A stretch of DNA of 64,000 nucleotides from Atribacterota bacterium (GCA_040767965.1 JAXGNR010000004.1:320001-384000); one strand, 5' to 3'; positions 9,027 through 20,383 are shown, counted from the stretch's first letter. The notes: a model not told the origin generated them from the letters alone. Program-made: numbers and translations.

Positions 9027-10263
9027 TATTAAAAGTATTTGTAGAAAAGCTAAAACAGCATCATCAGAAATAGCAAAATGCTCTTCTGCCAAAAAAGAAG
9101 AAGCTATTGACAGAATTGCCCGAAAATTATTGGAAGAAAAAGAATATATTTTAGAAAATAATAAAATTGATTTACAAAATGCCCGGCAACAAAATAAACC
9201 CGCAGCTTTTATTGACAGATTGGTGTTAGATGACAAAAGAATAGAATCTATGTGTAGCGGCTTAAAAATGGTGGCTCAATTGCCTGACCCAATAGGGAAA
9301 GTTGATGGTATGATTAAAAGACCAAATGGTCTATACATTGGTAAAAAAAGAATTCCACTGGGTGTTATTGGTATAATTTATGAATCCAGACCTAATGTAA
9401 CCATTGATGCCTCTTCTTTATGTTTCAAAGCTGGTAATGCTGTTGTTTTAAGAGGAGGGAGTGAAGCAATTAACTCTAATAAGGCTTTAGTTAAAATATT
9501 TAGAGATGGTTTACAGGAAACTGGTATTAGCCCAGAAGTAATCCAATTAGTGGAAAATACTAGTCGTGCTGTTGTTTTAGAAATGATGAAAGAAAGGGAT
9601 TTTATAGATGTGCTTATTCCCAGAGGTGGCAAATCGTTAATATCAGCAGTTGTAAACAATTCCCTCATTCCGGTTATTGAAACAGGGGAGGGTAATTGCC
9701 ATATTTTTATAGACAAAGATGCTGATAAAAAAATGGCAGAAGAAATAGTTGTAAACGCTAAAACAACCAGACCAGCAGTTTGTAATGCTGCAGAGAGCTT
9801 ATTAGTATCTGCAGACATTGCTCCAAAAATACTGGTAAGGATAATTAAAAAATTACAAGACCATAATGTGGAAATAAGAGGGTGTGAAAAAGTTAAAAAA
9901 TATTATCCAAATTGTCGACTGGCCACAGAAGATGACTGGTATACTGAATATTTAGATTATATTATTGCAGTCAAAGTAGTACAAGATATTGATGAAGCAA
10001 TTAAACATATAAATAAATACAGTACTCACCACTCAGAAGTAATTGTTACCAATAATTACCAAAATGCCCAAAAATTTTTAGAAGAAATAGATTCTGCAGC
10101 AGTTTTTGTGAATGCCTCCAGCAGATTTACAGATGGGGCAGAGTTTGGTATGGGAGCAGAAATTGGTATTAGTACTCAAAAACTGCATGCCCGGGGACCA
10201 ATGGGTGTGAATGAATTAACTACTTACAAATATATTATCTATGGTAATGGACAAATACGGTAA
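9019..10263 (+). CDS. proA: Glutamate-5-semialdehyde dehydrogenase
   Basis: IYESRPNVT, LRGGSEA, catalytic VCNAAE and GISTQKLHARGP. Start moved to the ATG after AAGGAG. Confidence 0.95.
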   Translation: MTDIKSICRKAKTASSEIAKCSSAKKEEAIDRIARKLLEEKEYILENNKIDLQNARQQNKPAAFIDRLVLDDKRIESMCSGLKMVAQLPDPIGKVDGMIKRPNGLYIGKKRIPLGVIGIIYESRPNVTIDASSLCFKAGNAVVLRGGSEAINSNKALVKIFRDGLQETGISPEVIQLVENTSRAVVLEMMKERDFIDVLIPRGGKSLISAVVNNSLIPVIETGEGNCHIFIDKDADKKMAEEIVVNAKTTRPAVCNAAESLLVSADIAPKILVRIIKKLQDHNVEIRGCEKVKKYYPNCRLATEDDWYTEYLDYIIAVKVVQDIDEAIKHINKYSTHHSEVIVTNNYQNAQKFLEEIDSAAVFVNASSRFTDGAEFGMGAEIGISTQKLHARGPMGVNELTTYKYIIYGNGQIR

Positions 10264-10309
10264 ATGTATGTTAAGGTATTTTTAAAAAAATTCCAGCAAA
10301 GAGAAAAAA

Positions 10310-11275
10310 GTGAGAATAAAAAAGAAAATAATTGCTCAAAATTGTCTAAAACAATTGACACTGAATTCCATAATACTCATCCTTATTTGTTGCTCTTTTT
10401 TTATGATTGATAGATCATTTGCAGCCGAAGCTTTCCTTAAGAAAGATATATTATTTGAAATAAATGAAAATATAATTTTACAAGAAAATGAAATAGCTTC
10501 TAATATCTTTTCCTTGAATGGCCAGATAGAAGTAAATGGAATTGTTGAAGGTTCTGTTTTCTCTATAGGGAAACCTGTTTATATTAAAGGATTAGTTGAA
10601 GAAAATGTGATTGTTTTAGCCGGGGATATTGTTTTATTGGAAAACAGTTCCGTTAGAGGGAATGCCATTGCAATTAATGGTGATGTATTGCAAAGTTATG
10701 GCTCTATGGTCTGGGGAGGAATAAAAGAAGTAAAAATTATTCCAGATTTATCAAAATTTCCACTATTTAAAAATGTCAATAAATTTTCTTGGCATCCATT
10801 TTATTATTTGGAATTGCCAATACTTTCTCTTGTTTTTCAGTTTATAACAAAATTATTTTTAGCCATTTTCTTTGTTCTTTTAATGCCTAACAAAATAATG
10901 TATTATGCCAGATCAGTTCAGGAAAGACCATGGAAAAATCTTTTTCTGGGGATAATAGTATTATTCAGTATGCCAATTCTCATTATTTTTTTAGGGTTAA
11001 CCATTCTAGGCATACCCCTTATTCCAATATTAATTTTACTTTCTTTATTTATTGGATATCTGGGTGGATTAGCAATAAAATATGCATTAGGAGATATCTT
11101 ATTAAATAAAATCAATATTAAAAATAAATCTCCCATATTAATAATGTTTATTGGCCTGTTAATATTGGAATTATTTATGATTACTCCAATTTTAAGGATA
11201 ATCCTACCTGTTTTTTATTTCCTGGGGCTGGGAACAATTATTAATAACTTGTTTTTTAGCAAGGAAAGGGAATAA
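10310..11275 (+). CDS. Membrane protein with N-terminal bactofilin-like (polymer-forming) beta repeats
   Basis: Signal-like helix, repeated 'V.G.V' units and a C-terminal multi-TM region (LTILGIPL). Confidence 0.65.
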   Translation: MRIKKKIIAQNCLKQLTLNSIILILICCSFFMIDRSFAAEAFLKKDILFEINENIILQENEIASNIFSLNGQIEVNGIVEGSVFSIGKPVYIKGLVEENVIVLAGDIVLLENSSVRGNAIAINGDVLQSYGSMVWGGIKEVKIIPDLSKFPLFKNVNKFSWHPFYYLELPILSLVFQFITKLFLAIFFVLLMPNKIMYYARSVQERPWKNLFLGIIVLFSMPILIIFLGLTILGIPLIPILILLSLFIGYLGGLAIKYALGDILLNKINIKNKSPILIMFIGLLILELFMITPILRIILPVFYFLGLGTIINNLFFSKERE

Positions 11276-11365
11276 GCATATTTTAAAAATATTTGATTTT
11301 TTTCGTTGTTATCTATAGAATAGTTGCAATTAAATATTTTGCAATCAAAAACAAAGGTTAATAAA

Positions 11366-12016
11366 ATGGTAAAAATATTAACAGATAGAACAACTATTAT
11401 TATTGTCAGGCATGGAGAATGTAAAGGGAATAGAGAAGGTTTGTTTCGAGGCAGAAGTGACTTCCCTTTAAATAAAACAGGAATCAAACAGGCTCATTCT
11501 CTTGCAAAAGAAATGATATCTTTCAAACCCCAAAAAATATTTACCAGTCCTCTGGCTCGAGCAAAGCAGACTGCTGAAGCAATCAGGTTACAGTGCAATG
11601 TAGAAATAGAAGAAAGAACTGACTTAAATAATATTGAATTGGGTCCATGGGAAGGAAAATCAAAAGATTATATTGCTCAGGAATATCCTCATGATTGGCA
11701 AATATGGTTAACAGAACCTGAGACCTTAAATTTACCGGGAATGGAGTCACTTATTCAAGTACAGAAAAGAGCCAGAGAGGGTCTTGATAAAATCGCAAAT
11801 GATTATTTCGGAAAAACAGTAATATTAGTATCCCATCGAGCTGTTATTAAACCCTTGATTGCTTCCTGTATAGGAATGAACAGCCCTTATTTCTGGCATA
11901 TTCATCTGGATACTGCATCTTATAGTATCGTTCATTATCATAAAAAAATTGGCTTTATTTTAGTTCAATTGAATCAAAATAAACATCTGACAGAGTATAT
12001 TTCTGAATGGCAGTAA
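11366..12016 (+). CDS. Histidine phosphatase (phosphoglycerate mutase family)
   Basis: RHGE, SPLARAKQTA, GPWEG, PGMES and VSH motifs. Confidence 0.9.
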   Translation: MVKILTDRTTIIIVRHGECKGNREGLFRGRSDFPLNKTGIKQAHSLAKEMISFKPQKIFTSPLARAKQTAEAIRLQCNVEIEERTDLNNIELGPWEGKSKDYIAQEYPHDWQIWLTEPETLNLPGMESLIQVQKRAREGLDKIANDYFGKTVILVSHRAVIKPLIASCIGMNSPYFWHIHLDTASYSIVHYHKKIGFILVQLNQNKHLTEYISEWQ

Positions 12017-12048
12017 ATTATGAAACGTTCTATTTTGAATAAATATCA

Positions 12049-12243
12049 ATGAGGAAAAGAATGATCAAAATTAATTTTAAAAATATCAAAAAGCCTTTAT
12101 TTATTTTTATTGTATTGATTCTTACAAGCCTGACAGTACCTTATTTATTACCATCCACTTTTACTGGTTCATATTTGCTCTGGATTATCTTGCCGGTAAT
12201 AACTATATTATATGGACTTATAGTGCTTGGAGGTATAAAATGA
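12049..12243 (+). CDS. Small two-TM partner of the solute:sodium symporter
   Basis: Two hydrophobic helices; ATGA overlap with the SSS gene. Confidence 0.65.
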   Translation: MRKRMIKINFKNIKKPLFIFIVLILTSLTVPYLLPSTFTGSYLLWIILPVITILYGLIVLGGIK

Positions 12244-13676
12244 CACGCTCATCAATTATGCTTTTAGGAATTTTTATTTGGTTTGTTATAGGTTGCTATA
12301 TTTCTTTTACTGCCAGGAAGAAGACCGGACCTGGAATTGCCGAGTATTTTATTGCAAATAGAACAATTGGTGGTTTTGTGGCAGCCATGACTTACAGCGC
12401 CACAACCTATAGTGCTTTTATGATGGTGGGATTGGTGGGAATGACTTACACTTTTGGCATTAGCACAATGGGATTCGAATTATCATATCTAATGGGGACA
12501 ATCTTATTGCTTGTTTTGTTTGCCCCTTATTTCTGGTCAATGAGCAGAAAATATAATTGCATTACTCCATCTGAATTGCTTGGCAAAGCTTACGGAAGTC
12601 AGTTGTTAGGCGGAATCACTACAATATTTTCCCTTTTAATGTTAATACCATATATGTCTGTTCAATTTACCGGGATTGGCTATTTATTGGAAACATTAAC
12701 TGGTATCTCTTATGAAAGAGGTGTATTTCTTACTTTGATAATCGTGCTTGTTTTTACCTTATGGGCAGGAATGCGCTCAGTAGCCTGGACAGATACCCTA
12801 CAATCACTTATCATGTTTATTTCATCAATTATTCTTTTAATATATGTGATGAATCACTTTTTTGGAGGTTTTAGCCAGTTTTTTCAGATTATGCAAAATG
12901 AGCATGCTGATATGTTAAATGCCAGTAAAATGAATTATCAAAGATTTCTTGGTTTAACCATACCATGGTTATTTTTTGCATTAACTAACCCGCAAGTAGC
13001 CCAAAGAATGTTTATTTCTCGTAATAAAAAGAGTCTGAAAATTATGATTGCCGGTTTTTCTATTTTTGGTTTGTTTTATACTCTTATAGTGGTGCATTTA
13101 GGATTAGCAGCTAAACATATTTTCCCGCAAATTACTAATACCGATTTGATAACTCCCATGATTTTGGAAAAAACACCTGTTTTTTTGGCGCTGGTAGTTT
13201 TTTTAGGAATCGTAGCTGCCTCTGTTTCTACAGTTAATTCTATCATCCTTACTTTAAGCTCAATGTGCACGGTAGATATTTATGGAAAATTGTTTTCTGC
13301 AGGAGAAGATAAAAGATTGTTATTTGGGAAAATAATGGTACCTGTCATTTCTATGGCAGCATTTTTCTTTTCCTTGGGAAGATTTGGTATTATTGTAGAA
13401 TTATCTGTAATGTCTTCAGCAGGCTTATTAGCATTGGTCCCTAGTTATTTTGGCATTTTCTGGCAAAAAGGGGATAAAGTAGCAGCAATTAGTAGTATTA
13501 TAAGTGGTGGTCTGGCGACAATTACAATGTATTTTACCGGCTATTTTCCGTTAGGCATCTGGCCTGGTATCTGGTGTTTAATAATATCAACCCTGGTATT
13601 TATATTAATAAGCCAAATACGTTTTGACAAAACAGCTTTTAATATGAATGATGCGGAAGAGATAAAAATATATTAG
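12240..13676 (+). CDS. Sodium:solute symporter family protein (PanF/PutP-like)
   Basis: EYFIANR, SATTYSA, GMRSVAWTDTLQ and AASVSTVNS. Confidence 0.9.
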   Translation: MTRSSIMLLGIFIWFVIGCYISFTARKKTGPGIAEYFIANRTIGGFVAAMTYSATTYSAFMMVGLVGMTYTFGISTMGFELSYLMGTILLLVLFAPYFWSMSRKYNCITPSELLGKAYGSQLLGGITTIFSLLMLIPYMSVQFTGIGYLLETLTGISYERGVFLTLIIVLVFTLWAGMRSVAWTDTLQSLIMFISSIILLIYVMNHFFGGFSQFFQIMQNEHADMLNASKMNYQRFLGLTIPWLFFALTNPQVAQRMFISRNKKSLKIMIAGFSIFGLFYTLIVVHLGLAAKHIFPQITNTDLITPMILEKTPVFLALVVFLGIVAASVSTVNSIILTLSSMCTVDIYGKLFSAGEDKRLLFGKIMVPVISMAAFFFSLGRFGIIVELSVMSSAGLLALVPSYFGIFWQKGDKVAAISSIISGGLATITMYFTGYFPLGIWPGIWCLIISTLVFILISQIRFDKTAFNMNDAEEIKIY

Positions 13677-13686
13677 CTTGTAATGA

Positions 13687-13740
13687 CCATATTTAAAATG
13701 CAGTTACATTAAGAATAATATAACTGCATTTTAAATATGG
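13687..13740. terminator. Bidirectional terminator-like inverted repeat between convergent genes
   Basis: CCATATTTAAAATGCAGTTA ... TAACTGCATTTTAAATATGG (20-bp perfect arms). Confidence 0.75.
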
Positions 13741-13751
13741 CGGGTAATGCA

Positions 13752-14918
13752 TTAGTGTTGCTGGAAGTATTTTTGTAAGCGATTCATTCCTTCTTCAATT
13801 TTATCCATAGATGTTGCATAGGATATTCTTACATAACCTTCAGCATTTTTTCCAAAATCAATACCCGGAGTAAGAGCGACTTTAGCTTTTTCTAAAATAT
13901 CAAAGGCTATTTTAAATGAATCATTTGAATATTTTTTAATATTAGCCAAAACGTAAAAAGCACCGGTTGGCTCAGACTTGACAGGAATGCCTATTTCTTG
14001 CAACTTTTTCAGCAGATAAATACGTCTTTGATTATAAACCACATTCATTTTTCTGACATCTTCATCACATTCTTTTAATGCAGCCAGACCAGCAGTTTGA
14101 GCGAAAGAGTTTGCGCAAATAAAGAAATTTTGTTGTATTTTTTGCAGAGGGCGAATATATTCTTTAGGAGAAACCAAATACCCTAAACGCCATCCAGTCA
14201 TTGCATATCGTTTAGAAAACCCATCTAAAATAAAAGTATTTCCAGTATATTCAAGCATAGAATGTTCTTCTCCCTGGTAAACCAGACCATGATATATTTC
14301 GTCTGAAAGAACATAATAACCTAAACCAGCAATAGATTCCATTTCAGCAGCAGTGTAAACTGTGCCTGTGGGATTGCCAGGAGAATTAACCATAATCATT
14401 TTAGTTTTTGGCGTTATATATTTTTTTATTCTTTCAATATCATATTTAAAACCGTTTTCTTCGAAAACAGGTACAAAAACAGGTGTTGCTCCCAAAAAAC
14501 TGATGATTTTTGGATAGCAGGCATAATGTGGATCTGGTAGGATTACTTCATCTCCTGCTTCTAAAACTGAGGAAAAAATAAGATACATGGCTGGAGAAGT
14601 ACCTGAGGTAACTATAATTTGTTCAGGAGAAATATTTGCCTGGTATTTTCTTTGGTAGTATCTGCAAATTTCTTCTCTAAATTCAAGCTTTCCCATGCTG
14701 TTAGTATAATGAGTATCACCTGTTTTAATTGCTTTAATTGCTGCCTTTTTGATAGCTTCTGGGGTTTCAAAATCAGGCTCTCCAACTTCCATGTGGATAA
14801 TGTTCTGCCCGTTTAGTTCTAATTGCTGAGCTTTTTCCATAACATCCATGGCAATAAAGGAGGGAATTGCAGCAGCTTTTTGGGTAATTTGAAAATCAGG
14901 TCCTTTCATGATTATCAC
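13752..14918 (-). CDS. PLP-dependent class I/II aminotransferase (aspartate aminotransferase-like)
   Basis: GEPDF, NSPGNPTG, SDEIY and GFSKRYAMTGWRLG. Confidence 0.92.
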   Translation of the reverse strand: MIIMKGPDFQITQKAAAIPSFIAMDVMEKAQQLELNGQNIIHMEVGEPDFETPEAIKKAAIKAIKTGDTHYTNSMGKLEFREEICRYYQRKYQANISPEQIIVTSGTSPAMYLIFSSVLEAGDEVILPDPHYACYPKIISFLGATPVFVPVFEENGFKYDIERIKKYITPKTKMIMVNSPGNPTGTVYTAAEMESIAGLGYYVLSDEIYHGLVYQGEEHSMLEYTGNTFILDGFSKRYAMTGWRLGYLVSPKEYIRPLQKIQQNFFICANSFAQTAGLAALKECDEDVRKMNVVYNQRRIYLLKKLQEIGIPVKSEPTGAFYVLANIKKYSNDSFKIAFDILEKAKVALTPGIDFGKNAEGYVRISYATSMDKIEEGMNRLQKYFQQH

Positions 14919-15323
14919 CTTTCCTACAAAATAAAATCTTTTCAGTATCTACATAGCTAATAATATTTTTGTATAATTTTACTATTTTAATATATTTTCT
15001 TCTGTTATGAAAGTAAAATCTATATTTTTTTAAAAATAATTAAAAAATAAGCAGTTTTTTTAATTACCAGGCAGTAGAAATGAGGAATATTTTATGGTAA
15101 ATTAGGTTAAAATTTAATCATTTCAGAATAAGATTTTTAAATAATATTATTAATTATATATTTAATAACATAATATTCGGGAGAAAAGGTTTGATACGAA
15201 ATACCTGTTGCTAAAAGAACAAGAAGTAAGGTATAATAAATGTTTAATTTTTATAGTGAAACAATTAAATTAATAGAATAATTAATAGCTGTTAATAGGC
15301 TATCTTATGGAGGAATATATTAT

Positions 15324-16988
15324 ATGAAAATAAGCTTTTTAGGCGCAAACCGTTTAGTGTCTGGATCATGCTATCTAATCCAGACTAAATATAAAAAATT
15401 TTTAATTGACTGTGGTTTATTCCGTGGAGATGAAACAATTACCAGGTTAAACTATGCACCTTTTCCATTTCGACCTGAAGATCTTGATTTTGTTATATTG
15501 ACTCATGCTCATATAGATCATTCTGGAAAAATCCCTCAACTTTTCAGAGAAGGTTTTCACGGCAATGTATATTGCACTAAGCCAACAATGGAATTATGCT
15601 CAGTAATGCTCCCAGATAGTGGACAAATTCAGGAGGAAGATGCTGAAGAAGAAAACCAAAGAAGATTAAGATCTGGAGAACCTTTTATTGAACCACTATA
15701 TGATATTGAAGATGCGCTAGACAGCCTTCTGCTCTTCCGGGATATACCATATCAATATAAAATCAGGATTGATGAAAATATAAGCTTCAGACTGCAGGAT
15801 GCCGGGCATGTATTAGGGTCTGCCATAATAGAATTATGGGTCAGGGAAGATGATAAAGAATGCAAATGGGTTTTTACAGGGGATATAGGGAGAAAAAATA
15901 AACCATTTCTACGCAATCCCCAACGTATTAAAAATGCAGATTATGTTGTGATAGAGTCAACTTACGGCGGAAGAAAACATAGACCTTACAAGCAAGAGGT
16001 AAAAAAATTCTTTTCTATCATTGATAAGACTTTAAAGAGAGGTGGAGACGTAATTATCCCTGCTTTTGCCTTACAAAGAACACAGGATATAATTTATGAG
16101 CTTAGTCAGTATTATAATATGCAAATTAAGCCTTTGAAAGGCAAGGATAAAAAGCTAAGAAAATTGAGATTCTATTTAGATAGTCCTTTAGCAATCGCAG
16201 CAACTAAAATATATAGAAATAACCCTCAAGAGTTTGCAAAAAAGAATTTAAAAATAATGGAATCAAGCAATCAATTGCTTGATTTTCAACCATTCAGAAT
16301 GACCAGAACCAGTAAGGCTTCTAAGAGAATCAGCCGGTCCAAGAGGAGTAAGATAATTATATCTGCTAGTGGAATGTGTGATGGAGGTAGAATACAATAC
16401 CATCTTAGAGATAATCTTTGGAGAAAAAAATCTTCAATAATTTTTGTTGGTTATCAAGCAGAGGGAACCATTGGTAAAAAATTAATCAGTGGAGAAAAGA
16501 TTTTGGATATAATGGAAGAGATGGTTGATGTAAAGGCAGAAATATATTATCTTGATGGCTTTTCTTCTCATGCTGATAAAGATGAGCTGATATGGTGGTT
16601 GAAAGGATTTCAAAATAAACCTGCTAAAGTTTTTATTGTACATGGTGAAAAAAGTGAATCAGAAACAATGGCAGAAAATGTCAATGAACAATTATCCTAT
16701 GATACATATATTCCGGCAATTGGAGAAACATTCCTAATCCAGGAAAACCACATTGTAACTCAAGGATTACTTAGAGATGAAAACAAAGTATTACAGTTAG
16801 ATGAAATTGTTAGAGAAGTAAGAAAAATCAGACATAAATTTAACCTTTTATTGGCTGATATGGAAATTTCAGGAGTGGAATTAAAAGAAGAAAATTTATG
16901 TTACAAAATAAAACAACAGTTAGAGCAAATACAGCAAGACATAAAGAAAGTAAAACATTTAATTAAGGAAAATGAACTGGAAGTATAA
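15324..16988 (+). CDS. MBL-fold beta-CASP ribonuclease
   Basis: THAHIDHSG, AGHVLGS, ESTYG, SASGMCDGGR, FSSHAD and VHGE; C-terminal coiled coil. Confidence 0.9.
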   Translation: MKISFLGANRLVSGSCYLIQTKYKKFLIDCGLFRGDETITRLNYAPFPFRPEDLDFVILTHAHIDHSGKIPQLFREGFHGNVYCTKPTMELCSVMLPDSGQIQEEDAEEENQRRLRSGEPFIEPLYDIEDALDSLLLFRDIPYQYKIRIDENISFRLQDAGHVLGSAIIELWVREDDKECKWVFTGDIGRKNKPFLRNPQRIKNADYVVIESTYGGRKHRPYKQEVKKFFSIIDKTLKRGGDVIIPAFALQRTQDIIYELSQYYNMQIKPLKGKDKKLRKLRFYLDSPLAIAATKIYRNNPQEFAKKNLKIMESSNQLLDFQPFRMTRTSKASKRISRSKRSKIIISASGMCDGGRIQYHLRDNLWRKKSSIIFVGYQAEGTIGKKLISGEKILDIMEEMVDVKAEIYYLDGFSSHADKDELIWWLKGFQNKPAKVFIVHGEKSESETMAENVNEQLSYDTYIPAIGETFLIQENHIVTQGLLRDENKVLQLDEIVREVRKIRHKFNLLLADMEISGVELKEENLCYKIKQQLEQIQQDIKKVKHLIKENELEV

Positions 16989-17009
16989 TTTTTATAATAA
17001 GAGGATATA

Positions 17010-17789
17010 ATGAAACATGATATTTTGGAAAGCATGATTAGTATTTCCTTAAGGGCTGGAAGTTTGGTTCAGCATCACTATCAAAGTCGAGAATTTGGTG
17101 TATCTATCAAAAAAGATAAACATGATTTAGTAACTGATATAGATCGGGAATCTCAAAGAATTATTAAAGAAGAATTGCAAAAAAGGTTCCCTGATATTCC
17201 TATAATTGGTGAAGAGGATAACCAGATAATAAAAAATGAACATGCTTTTATTATTGACCCAATAGATGGAACTCTAAATTTTGTAAAACAAATACCGTTT
17301 TTTACTATTTCTATTGGTTACTGGAAAAAAAATCATCCTGTATGCGGTGTGGTATATGACCCTCTCAGGAATGACTTATTTTATGCCAGAAAAGATCAAG
17401 GTGCCTATCAAAATGGCAAAGAAATTAGTGTGCTTAGTTTAGAAAATAATAGGCCTATTTTAGCGTCTGATTGGGGACATGAACCAAAGCTTTACCAAAA
17501 AAATATAAATATATTACAAAAATTAATGAAGGTTGACAGATATTTATTTCGGTTTCTGGGTTGTGCCAGTTTAGCAATTTGTTATGTTGGAGCTGGTATT
17601 TTGGATGGATACTGGCATTATCAGCTCTCTCCCTGGGATATGGCCGCAGCAGTTTTAATTGCTCAAGAGGCTGGAGCAATTGTTACCAATATTAAAGGTG
17701 AACAGTTTGATTTATGGGGTAAATCTATTCTAACAACTTCACCAGCTATAAAAAAAGATGTACAAAAGGTATTTGCCAGTATTGATTGA
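17010..17789 (+). CDS. suhB: Inositol monophosphatase family protein
   Basis: IGEE, IDPIDGTLNF and WDMAAA. Confidence 0.85.
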   Translation: MKHDILESMISISLRAGSLVQHHYQSREFGVSIKKDKHDLVTDIDRESQRIIKEELQKRFPDIPIIGEEDNQIIKNEHAFIIDPIDGTLNFVKQIPFFTISIGYWKKNHPVCGVVYDPLRNDLFYARKDQGAYQNGKEISVLSLENNRPILASDWGHEPKLYQKNINILQKLMKVDRYLFRFLGCASLAICYVGAGILDGYWHYQLSPWDMAAAVLIAQEAGAIVTNIKGEQFDLWGKSILTTSPAIKKDVQKVFASID

Positions 17790-17829
17790 TTGATATTGTT
17801 TCTATACTGTTAATGTTTTGGAGATATGC

Positions 17830-19641
17830 ATGAAAAACAATAATGAAAACGAAAATAAAATCCCTAACAGAGAGGAAATTCCATTAGAATCCCGCTGGGA
17901 TATACAATCATTGTATTCGTCATTAGAGGAATGGGAAGAAGACTGTCAGCGGACAAAAAAACTTGCTGATGAATTACTCAAATACAAAGATAGTTTTACA
18001 GAAGAAGCAACTTCTTTCATAAAATGCCTGCAATCAAGAGACAAAATATTGGATCTAGCCCATCAGGTCTATACTTATGCCCATATGCGAAAAGATGAAG
18101 ATAATAACGATACCCAAAATCAATCAATTTATAATAAGGCTTCTAGTTTATTGGTAGAAATTGAAGATAGCTTGTCATTTATTCAGCCGGGGATATTGTC
18201 CCTGAATGCTAAAACTATTGGGAAATGGATAGCTGAAAATGAGCAATTGAAAATATATCAGCATCATCTGCAAGGTATTTTTCGCAAAAAAAAGCACATT
18301 CTTTCCCCTGAAAAAGAAAAGATAATCGCACAGGCTGGGGAAATGAGTATGATTCCAGAAAACACTTTTGGTCTTTTAAGTAATGCAGATTTAAAATTTC
18401 CTTCAGTAAAAAATCATAATGGAGAATATATAGCCATCAGTCAGGGTAATTTTGTCTCTTTGTTACGAAACAAAGATCGGAATTTTCGGAAACGAGTTTT
18501 TCGGAAATATTACCAGCAATACTTTCTACATCGCCATACCTTTGCTTCTTTATTAACAGGCAAGCTAAAAAAAGATCGATTTTTTAATAAGGTAAGGAAA
18601 TATAAAAACAGTTTATCTGCTGCACTTTTTGAAGATAATATTCCTATCGCTGTTTATGATAATTTAATTAATATTGCCCATAAAAATGTTTCATTGTTAC
18701 AAAAATATATACAGTTGAAAAAAGAGCGGCTGGGATATAAAAATTTTTATATGTATGATATGTACACTGCTTTATCTGAAAAAACAGACCGGATAGAATA
18801 TTCAAAAGCCCAGGAATTAATTCTTGCAGCACTTCAGCCTCTGGGAAGTGAATATTTAGAAATAGTTAAAAAAGCATTTAAGGAAAGATGGATTGATGTA
18901 TACGAGAATAAGGGAAAATCAAGCGGGGCTTATTCTACTGGAAGCTACAAGAGTAAACCATATATTTTACTAAACTACCAGGGCACCATGGAAGATGTCT
19001 TTACTTTGGCGCATGAGTTAGGCCATTCTTTGCATAGCTTTTATACCAATAAAGAGCAACCTTTTATCTATAGTGGTTACCCGATATTTTTAGCTGAAAT
19101 TGCATCTACTACCAATGAAGCCTTATTGATTAATTACATAATAAAAAATAATGCTGAAAGCAAAAAGGATACACTTTTAATATTAAATAATTTTTTGGAG
19201 CAATTCAGAACAACATTTTTCAGACAAACCATGTTTGCTGAATTTGAAAAAATTATTCATCAATACGAGGAAAAGGGTGGTTCCTTAACTGCAGAATGGT
19301 ATTCTCAACAATATGCTGATTTAATTTATAAATATTATGGAAATAGCGTTGTAATAGATAAAGAAATTCATATGGAATGGGCGCGACTTCCTCATTTTTA
19401 TTATGATTTTTATGTATATAAATATTCTACTGGCTTTGCATCAGCTATTGCACTTTCTCGCAGAATACTTCAAGAAGGAAAAACTGCTGTAGATGAATAT
19501 CTGAGATTTCTTGGTAAGGGAAGTTCAGAGTATCCAATTACTATTTTAAAACAAACTGGGGTAGATATGATTTCCTTGAACCCATTAACAGAAGCAATGA
19601 ATTTATTTGCTGAACTTTTAGAACAGCTGGAATCAATTTAA
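17830..19641 (+). CDS. pepF: Oligoendopeptidase F
   Basis: WIDVYENKGKSSGAYS, HELGH, AEIAST and HFYYDFYVYKY. Confidence 0.95.
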   Translation: MKNNNENENKIPNREEIPLESRWDIQSLYSSLEEWEEDCQRTKKLADELLKYKDSFTEEATSFIKCLQSRDKILDLAHQVYTYAHMRKDEDNNDTQNQSIYNKASSLLVEIEDSLSFIQPGILSLNAKTIGKWIAENEQLKIYQHHLQGIFRKKKHILSPEKEKIIAQAGEMSMIPENTFGLLSNADLKFPSVKNHNGEYIAISQGNFVSLLRNKDRNFRKRVFRKYYQQYFLHRHTFASLLTGKLKKDRFFNKVRKYKNSLSAALFEDNIPIAVYDNLINIAHKNVSLLQKYIQLKKERLGYKNFYMYDMYTALSEKTDRIEYSKAQELILAALQPLGSEYLEIVKKAFKERWIDVYENKGKSSGAYSTGSYKSKPYILLNYQGTMEDVFTLAHELGHSLHSFYTNKEQPFIYSGYPIFLAEIASTTNEALLINYIIKNNAESKKDTLLILNNFLEQFRTTFFRQTMFAEFEKIIHQYEEKGGSLTAEWYSQQYADLIYKYYGNSVVIDKEIHMEWARLPHFYYDFYVYKYSTGFASAIALSRRILQEGKTAVDEYLRFLGKGSSEYPITILKQTGVDMISLNPLTEAMNLFAELLEQLESI

Positions 19642-19666
19642 ATATTTATAAATTAAGGATATTTTT

Positions 19667-20383
19667 ATGCAGAATAAATCTGCTGTGCTACTTTTGATAT
19701 GTCTATTATCCATCTTTTCTATTGCTTTTACAGGTTGCTGGAAGACAGGTGAATTAACCGAAAGCACTGTCCAAATCGAATTAGAAGAAGTAGAAACAGT
19801 AGAAGCAAAGGTAGTAATTTATAAAGGAAATTTACATATTACCGGTGTACAACAACTGCAATTGTTAAATTCCAAATTTTCATCTAATTTGGAAAAATGG
19901 AATCCTCAGGTTATTTATTCAACAGAAGGACATAAAGGGAAATTGAAAATTCTACAAACAGATAAGCAAAAAAATATTTCTGCTACAATAGAAAGTGATT
20001 GGTTTTTGTTTTTTAATAATATGATTCCTTTGGAATTAGATCTTATTGTTGGAAATGGAGATAATCAGCTAGACTTCAGTGAAATCAATCTTACTTCTTT
20101 AAAAGTGGCCATTGGTACTGGAGATAGTACTATTAATTTGACTGGAAACTATCGGGATGATCTTATTGTACATTTAATGGGAGGGATCGGAAACACTATT
20201 ATTGATTTACCAAAAGATACAGGTGTATGCTTACTGATTGAAGGGTTTATAAACAAAATTAATTGCAATGATTTTTATAGAATTGGCAGCTTCTATTATA
20301 ACACTTCTTTTGACTTTGCAAAAAAAAATATATTTATCACAATTTTTTCAGGATTAGGTAAAATTAATATAAATTTAGTATAA
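19667..20383 (+). CDS. Putative lipoprotein with beta-rich adhesin/'toast rack' (DUF2154-like) domain
   Basis: Lipobox-like FTGC; repeated G.G...IDL beta units. Confidence 0.6.
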   Translation: MQNKSAVLLLICLLSIFSIAFTGCWKTGELTESTVQIELEEVETVEAKVVIYKGNLHITGVQQLQLLNSKFSSNLEKWNPQVIYSTEGHKGKLKILQTDKQKNISATIESDWFLFFNNMIPLELDLIVGNGDNQLDFSEINLTSLKVAIGTGDSTINLTGNYRDDLIVHLMGGIGNTIIDLPKDTGVCLLIEGFINKINCNDFYRIGSFYYNTSFDFAKKNIFITIFSGLGKININLV

